A stretch of DNA of 64,000 bases from Callorhinchus milii (lineage: Eukaryota): contig NW_024704743.1 of assembly GCF_018977255.1 (NCBI RefSeq), positions 88,290,001 to 88,354,000 on the forward strand, given 5' to 3'. Made by a program: the position numbers and the translations under genes. Under the pieces are notes generated by a model. It ran no database searches. It saw only the letters and a list, made by a program, of their open reading frames with translations, and was not told the DNA's origin. Each line of letters begins with the position of its first letter. Within the stretch, counting starts at the first letter, position 1. This document shows, piece by piece, positions 57,571-64,000 of this stretch.

Positions 57571-58719
57571 ATGTTTGTAAAATGATTCACGTTAATAATG
57601 GGTAATAACATAATAAATGACTGGAAATACATACATACATGCAAAAAAATTATTCCAGAGTAATATCTGCATAATTAATTCTACAATTGTAATTCATGTT
57701 TTTGTATTGTCATTGCTGGCAACAGTTCAAGAAGAGGAGGTGAGACAGACATGTCTTCCCTGATGTGGCTCAATCGATCCTGAAATACAAAAGGGAAAAA
57801 TGATAAGCTTGTTCTATTATGACGTGATGCCACATTCTGCACTGTAGAAACTTGGGAGTTAAAGACTATTTTCTGAGAAATTGTTCAATCAGATTTAAGT
57901 GTAGCCTTACTTTAGCTTGTATAACCAGAAGGATTTGCAACAAATAAAACAAGGCAGCCTTTGTTACATTTTCTTTGCTGTTAATTTCCATCTGCTTTGG
58001 GTTAGCGTTGTTTTGTCTAAATCAAATTCTATACAAATAGTGGTTGGAGTGAGGTCTATACAAGTAAACTATTGACCTGAGGTTTAGATAGATGACCGAA
58101 GGCTAGGGACATTTAGGAGCAATTGAGGTCACTTTTCTTCTTAAGGTACTTCTTGGTATAAAATCTGGAATATATGAGAAATACTGGGTTACAACAGTAA
58201 GGTTAACCATTTACACTATGGGCAAGGTTATGTCACAATAACAATGAAGTTGATAGAACATTTGGCCAGGAAAAGGCAGTATAAAAGGCGCCTTTCCTTG
58301 GGAAGGGGGTCTCCTTCAGAAACCCCCAAGTATGTCACACCAACCTCTAAGAACTCAAATCCAATGAGATCTTGGTGGAAACCAAGCGTTTGCAGGTTGT
58401 CTCTCCTTTTCACTCCTTTCTCCTGAGCCAGGGGCAGTTTTCGCTGCTATTCTCATAACGGACGCTTTTTTCACCCCCAGTGTGTTTTTACAGCAGAAAC
58501 ATAGTTTGTCATCATTCAAATCTTCAGACCTCTTCTGTCTTCCTGTCCCAATTCTCACACAGTATTTCTTGGCCCCTATTTTGAAGGAGAGTGCAGAGAA
58601 TAGATTATTGGGCCTTTCGGGTCTGTGAGTGGAATTATAGTATAAATAGGATGACATACCTTTTGAGACCAACCTACTAGGCTGGCCACTCCCTTCGCTC
58701 GAATTAATATTGGTTTGTA

Positions 58720-58970
58720 TCAAATCCCCTGCTCCACCTTTGGTGGCAAGGTTTCAGCATATCTGCCTCCATTCTCTGCAACTCCATTCCAGAGTCCCTT
58801 TGACTCATCCCATCCCTTGCCAACCTCAAGAAACACCTCAAGACCTTCCTCTTTGACTGAGCTTTCAGGCATCTACCCTTACGTCACCCCACACCCCACT
58901 CCTCTGGCTTCCACCTTCAGCTCAGCTCCTAACGTAAAAGGTGCTATATAAACATACATTTGTATTGTAT
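58720..58970 (+). mobile_element. L2 3' end, old
   Basis: TFGGK..SAP and KKHLKTFLFD; tail ACGTAAAAGGTGCTATATAAA. Confidence 0.72.
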
Positions 58971-59304
58971 TGAGACCATTCCACTTCAGGAAGGAGTGGA
59001 TTATTGACCGACCGGACATGGGTGGGGGGGAGGAATGGGACAGGTAATATTCCAAAGCAGCATAAAGTATGTAATTTATTGTTTATTTTAAATCTTGTTT
59101 GGCTTTTACGTATAGGGCGAAAGATTTGAGAAGTTACTTGTTGAGACAATTTTCTGACTAATTCCCTTACGAAAGCTCAATCAGCTAACTCGCAAGCGAG
59201 CCGAACAACAGATGCTGGCAGAAGTTGCACGTTACAGAACTTATCTTGTGCCACAAAATAACACAAAGAAAACAACATCTCAAGGAATCATGTGGTTGGA
59301 TCCA

Positions 59305-59600
59305 ATTTTTTTATCAGCTGGGTGCCTGACACTTGCAGAAACTGATATTCATGCTTATGAGTATCCAAACTAGACTGAGAGCTCCATATATATAGAATTT
59401 CAATTTGATATGGAATGTGCAATCTCTTCCCGGAAGGACACACCTTGTTCACCTAATTTTAGACAGCTTGAGTGCAGGTTGGCGAGAGCAAAGGTTTGGC
59501 GATCTCAGAGTATGTGTTAGGTACTGCTGGAGTTTAACCAGCTAAACCCCATAGCTTGCCATTGTCTTTCCAGCCGCTGCTTATCCAGCTGGGACCACCC
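59305..59600 (-). mobile_element. Family X copy g
   Basis: TTTTTTATCAGCTGGGTGCCTGACA...GAGTATCCAAACTAGACTGAGA...GGTACTGCTGGAGTTTAACCAGCTAAA. Confidence 0.75.
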
Positions 59601-59656
59601 TATCGGTTAGCGCTTTTTCATGTTGCTGGAATCCTATGCTGCAATCGTACCACCAC

Positions 59657-59735
59657 CAACAACAACAAATTACATTTATATTGCGCCTTTCACATCAGGA
59701 GGACGTCCCAAGACCCTGGGCAGTCAGGGATCCGA
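59657..59735 (-). mobile_element. L2 type A tail
   Basis: (AAC)n then GCGCCTTTCACATCAGGAGGACGTCCCAAG. Confidence 0.82.
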
Positions 59736-60409
59736 CTTCACACAGTCCTCATTCCTACCACAGGTTTCAAGATGCAGGCAGCTCTCTGGTCAATGCAGTA
59801 CCAACACCCTCTCATGATCACTCAGAACACGAGAAACAGTGACTGCCTAACACCACATATCACAACAAGCCAAATGCTAATGACCATGTGGTACCTGCCA
59901 TACAGATAGTTGTGGCCTGTTAGGAGTGGTCAGACTTGCTCTGCCGTGAGAAGCACACCTTCACTAGAAACACGTCTCAGTGATCAGAGTGGAGTTATTC
60001 CAGCCTCAAGTGTATGCCTGGTTATAAATAGCATCCTCTTCTCCCATGTTTGCCTTGTAGTTGTCATCTTCTTTGACACTATTTGTCACTATTACATCCT
60101 TCAAATTCAGAAAAGGAATTTTTTTTTGATGAAGTTAATTGGATCAAGAGCATTTTATCAAATTTCATTCAATTAATTTTGCAAAATCATCCAGAAATAA
60201 AATCCAATCCCTTCTGCTATAGATAGAGGTTGACACACTTTAAATCAGTGAATTAAACAAATACAGAGTAAGCATCAGTTTCCTTATAAAACTAACATTT
60301 CCTTATTATGTCTAAAATAGGTTTGGGCTTATAGCCCATGGGTTAACCATGTTCAAATCCATACAGATGACCTTAATCATGTAATTTACCACCCCTGATT
60401 CTAAAAAAT

Positions 60410-60706
60410 TTACATGTAAAATCGATTGGGATTTTAAAAGGGAATATAAGGGATACTTGGGAAGTAAGGGTATTAGAGGTATGGGGAAATGGGATTAAGT
60501 AGTTTTAAATGTTTTAAAATCATCACATTTTTGACTCTACTGCTTTCTGTGATAACTCAGGCAATATAAACTCTTAGTTCAAAGATGAATAAATCCTTAT
60601 TTGGGAAGAAGCTCATTACTGTACTATTTTGCAAAGGAACTGCACTAACATAGGCTGAATGGGCTGAATGGGCTCCTGTCCTGTAATTTCAATGATTCTA
60701 TGCTAT
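60410..60706 (+). mobile_element. CR1 3' end (interrupted)
   Basis: FKRE..YLGSKGIRGMG-like ORF end; GGGCTGAATGGGCTCCTGTCCTGTAA then ATGATTCTATG tail. Confidence 0.72.
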
Positions 60707-61004
60707 GTGTACATCTCTCTTAATCTACACTCTCACAGCTCCCATATCACAAAAGCCCATAATAAGCTGTACCTTTCATTGAAGGTAATCATCAAAGCAC
60801 GTGAGTGTGCTCGTATCTTAAACCTGCATAGAAGCTGCTTGATGATGAAGTCAGGCTGTCTCATCTAAAACTGTACTTACTTTTATATGAATATGGTGAA
60901 AAGTATTTGATAAAATAGAAATATGTCTTCCATATGCAAAAATAATACGGAGGTATAAGAGTACTTCTGGTAATACAATTAATGTTAAGATTAATGTTTA
61001 TTTA

Positions 61005-61220
61005 TATAATACAAATCCTTGCATTTGATAAAGCTCCTTTCACACCAGGAAAATGTCTCAAAGTGTGTACTGTAAAGTGAAGCGAGTGTATACTTCATAG
61101 GTAAATGTGATTTGAGCACAGGAATGTCCCAGAAACATCCATGAAATCAATGACCAAATTTTATTTGAGAAATGTTGTCCAGGATACTAGGAGAAACTCC
61201 TTTCTCTTTTTGAATGGTGC
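61005..61220 (-). mobile_element. DeuSINE 3' part
   Basis: ATCCTTGCATTTGATA...CCAGGATACTAGGAGAAACTCC. Confidence 0.72.
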
Positions 61221-61351
61221 ACATACTCTTCCTTGGCAAAAACGTTTGATAGCATCTCAACTGCCTTTATTTAATCTGTTCATGGAACGAATCATTGTTT
61301 CTTTGCGTTGATGGAATGACTGTTCTGTTAAGTAACCCATATGAATGCCTT

Positions 61352-61660
61352 AATAATAATAATCTTTGCATTTGATATAGCACTTTTCACATCTTCTAGA
61401 CGTCTCAGTGTTCCACAAAATATACTGTAAAGTGAATTGACTGTATATTTGTGGGCGAAACGCGGCAGCCAATTGCACACAGCGGTGTCTCACGAACAGT
61501 CGTGGATTGAAGTGACCAATTTATAATTGTTTTTTTTCGTGACGGATTATTATCAGACGAGTGGAGAAAGGAAACTTGCCCAAGGTCTCACCCTGCTGGG
61601 AATCGAACCCAGGTCGCTCGCTTGCGAGGCACGTGCTCTAACCACTGAGCTACAGGACTC
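61352..61660 (-). mobile_element. tRNA-derived SINE, short variant, full length
   Basis: Intact A and B boxes (GGTTCGATTCC on the - strand); CpG-rich. Confidence 0.92.
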
Positions 61661-61721
61661 CATGATTTAGTCTCACAGGTAAAGTCGATGCACAGCTATG
61701 CAGTGAGTGTACATCATTAAT

Positions 61722-61812
61722 AAAAAGAAGAAAATGCTGGAAATGCACGGCTTCTGAGAGAGAAGAATAGGCTAATGTTTCAGTTGTGACCTTTCACCAT
61801 GATCAGACTGGA
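61722..61812 (-). mobile_element. Penelope-type terminal repeat relic with degenerate hammerhead ribozyme
   Basis: Minus strand CTGAT(CATGGT)GAAAGGTCACAACTGAAAC...TTTCCAGCATTTTCT; resembles a common shark repeat as I recall it. Confidence 0.5.
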
Positions 61813-62465
61813 GAAGATTCTTTTGGGCAAACTGTTGTATCTCATTTTCAGTTTATAATTCACTGCCATTTGAGAGGAAAAGTGCAAGTTTCATGTTGGA
61901 TCCCAAATCTCCAATAATAAGGTTTTTCTTGACTGTATGTGATCAAATTCACAATATTCGTTTGCAAACTGGATTAGATGCCAGAATTGCAACTTCCAGT
62001 TTGAGAATATCGAACAAATTTGAAATTTGAAATATTTGCAAAACAGCTCATTTCATTTTGCTCTCAGGCGTTTTATTTGCACTTTGCCATTTTTGGGAGT
62101 TTGCAATTAGGAAATATTGCTAATGAGACTCAAATGTCCCTTTAAAGGACACAAACTTCCCATATCAAAATTGAATGGCAAATATTTCACTAAAAATGTT
62201 CCAGCCAAAAATCAGTCTGTCCAATTGCAGCTACATGGTTTCAGAATCCTATGAACATATCCATTGTTTTGGGTGAAGGAATTAATCGTAACTTCCGTTT
62301 AATACATATGAGAAAACAAGTGAGTTTGTGAAACCAGTCAGGTAATGGCTCTGACAAGTTACACTGCAAAGACTTCATGAGTAGTTTTCCAGGAGGGGAG
62401 TAAGCATAGTGAGCGGGTAAGCGGAGTGAAGAGGTGGTATCAGCATTGTTGCTCTAGTCAAACAT

Positions 62466-62770
62466 CTTTATTTGGTTAGCCGGGTGGTTGGCGCATGTGA
62501 AAACCCATCACTGTAGCTAAGTGTATCCAGACGAGACAGAGAGCTCCATATATGTATGCCACCTACACATGGAAATTTCCCTTCTCTGAAATGGAGTAGG
62601 AAATTATTGTGCTTACCTAGTTCTGGAAAGTATTAGGGGAAGATTGGCAAGAACTAAAGCTTAGGGACTCTAGATTGTATGTTGGGGTATTGCTGGAATT
62701 TAACCAGCTGAAACTACAAGGCTTGCCATTGTAAGCACTGTCTGGCAAATTTCCTACTGCTTGAACACTC
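62466..62770 (-). mobile_element. Family X copy h
   Basis: TTTGGTTAGCCGGGTG...AAACCCATCAC...GCTTACCTAGTTCTGGAAAGTATTAGG. Confidence 0.75.
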
Positions 62771-62869
62771 AATGAAGAGAAACACTGACCTCTACAGGTC
62801 AGAGGTGGCAACTGCATACTGAAAAATAACATCTGTGAGTTTATTATTGTCAGCTTTGTTGCAGCTACC

Positions 62870-63241
62870 GCAGCTGGGAAACTCGGAAAATCCTGCCCCT
62901 CGTGCTCTACAAACCAAAAGTCCGAAGAAAGGAGAGATTAATAAGAAACAATCACACACTTTTATTTATTGGAGCTCTGGAACGCAAATGGAGTGCTGCG
63001 AAACGAAGTTGGCTAGACTCCATCAGTACCTCAACGCACACTCTGGGATCCCCAAGCCTTGCCTCTTTATCACTTATGCCTGATACTCTCCAGAATCAGG
63101 TAAGCTGTATGTGTCCCTCTGGGGTGAGAGTGCGCATTCCATTCCAAACAAGGAATGTCCATGGATAGGCGGCATGCGTGGAACCAGGCTGGCTTGGATA
63201 CTCTCGGTGATGGGTTTCTGCCTGTGTCAGACACAAAAAAA
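62870..63241 (+). mobile_element. Family X copy i
   Basis: CCCCAAGCCTTG...GAATCAGGTAAGC...GGTGATGGGTTTCTGC...CAGACAC(A)n. Confidence 0.72.
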
Positions 63242-63654
63242 TGAATTTGTTATTTTTATATTACTTTGACACAAAATGAACTACAATGCTTTTACGAGTA
63301 AATCATAAACAGAGCCCAACACAATATTAAATGGGAGACATCCAGAGACATTTCTAACAATGTGAATTTTCTATTAATTCTTGTTGATTAAACACAAAAA
63401 ATAAAGGATTATAAACTAGATGATTTCAAACTGCATAGATGATAATATGTTCTTGACATTTTTCTGCCCTATTGCTTAAAACAATATTTGCTCTTTAAAC
63501 AGCCTAGTTGTTTCAGAATGAGGTTTACTTTCCAGTAGACAGATTGACAAATGATGGGATCACAAATCATAACATTGATTCAGATAAAGAAGGCCCTTTC
63601 GTCCATTTGATCTCATCCTTTCAGGATACCAGAATTCCTGTTTCCCCATTGCTT

Positions 63655-64000
63655 ATCCTTAGACTTATTGAACCTGCGCATAACTTAGGATTAGGTTCAA
63701 TCCTCAGCAGTTCTTCCTACCCCACATTCGGCGCAGACCAGCACCACTTTCCTCCACCTCCATCTCATTGCCCGCCTGCAATTGTACCTCACACCCATTG
63801 CAGACGAGACCCTTATCCATGCATTCGTTACCTCCCACTTTGATTATTCCAATGCCCTCCTTGCTGGTCTCCCCAGCTCCACTATCCACAAAATCAAAAT
63901 TCCGCTGCTCATATCCCTAACCGAACCAAACTCTATACTTCCATCGCCAGGCTCCACTAGCTCCCTATTTCAGAAGAGATCAATTTAAAGATCCTCACAT
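63655..64000 (+). mobile_element. L2 ORF2 fragment running off the window end
   Basis: ETLIHAFVTSHFDYSNALLAGLP; ARLH..FKIL. Confidence 0.85.

Noticed and set aside
61588..61660. tRNA-Ala-like gene (also heads near 5770-5841, 19041, 20030-20094, 26690-26759 and 37341)
   Set aside because: Each continues into the same SINE body and L2-type tail, so these are SINE heads, not tRNA genes

Overview
This is non-coding, repeat-rich vertebrate DNA. The repeat inventory points to a cartilaginous fish, probably a holocephalan such as elephant shark; this is inferred from remembered repeat sequences, not a search. I found no host protein-coding exon, rRNA, true tRNA gene or CRISPR array that I can support. 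The window looks like a large intron or gene desert. Most listed ORFs are pieces or shadow frames of L2 LINE ORF2, or noise. Main content: (1) a young, near-intact single-ORF L2 LINE at 9998-13563 (-), encoding APE endonuclease plus RT, with three small lesions; a second long decayed L2 at 30175-33540 nested in a third; and many 5'-truncated L2 pieces of two tail types. (2) A tRNA-derived SINE family sharing the L2 3' stem-loop. (3) An older DeuSINE (SacSINE1/AmnSINE-like) family. (4) CR1 fragments. (5) Several MITE or fold-back DNA elements. (6) An unidentified A-tailed repeat, here called family X, with 9 copies, a conserved stem-loop and a conserved 5' splice site. One copy adjoins a decayed CCHC zinc-knuckle frame, so X is probably the long 3' UTR of an RTE-X-like LINE. 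The items most worth follow-up are family X, a 183-bp palindrome with a perfect 27-bp stem and twin NF-kB consensus sites, the matching SINE/LINE tail loops, a decayed Penelope-type hammerhead, and repeat-free CNE-like islands. I found no evidence for a new multi-gene system. Boundaries of old repeats are approximate (about 20-30 bp).
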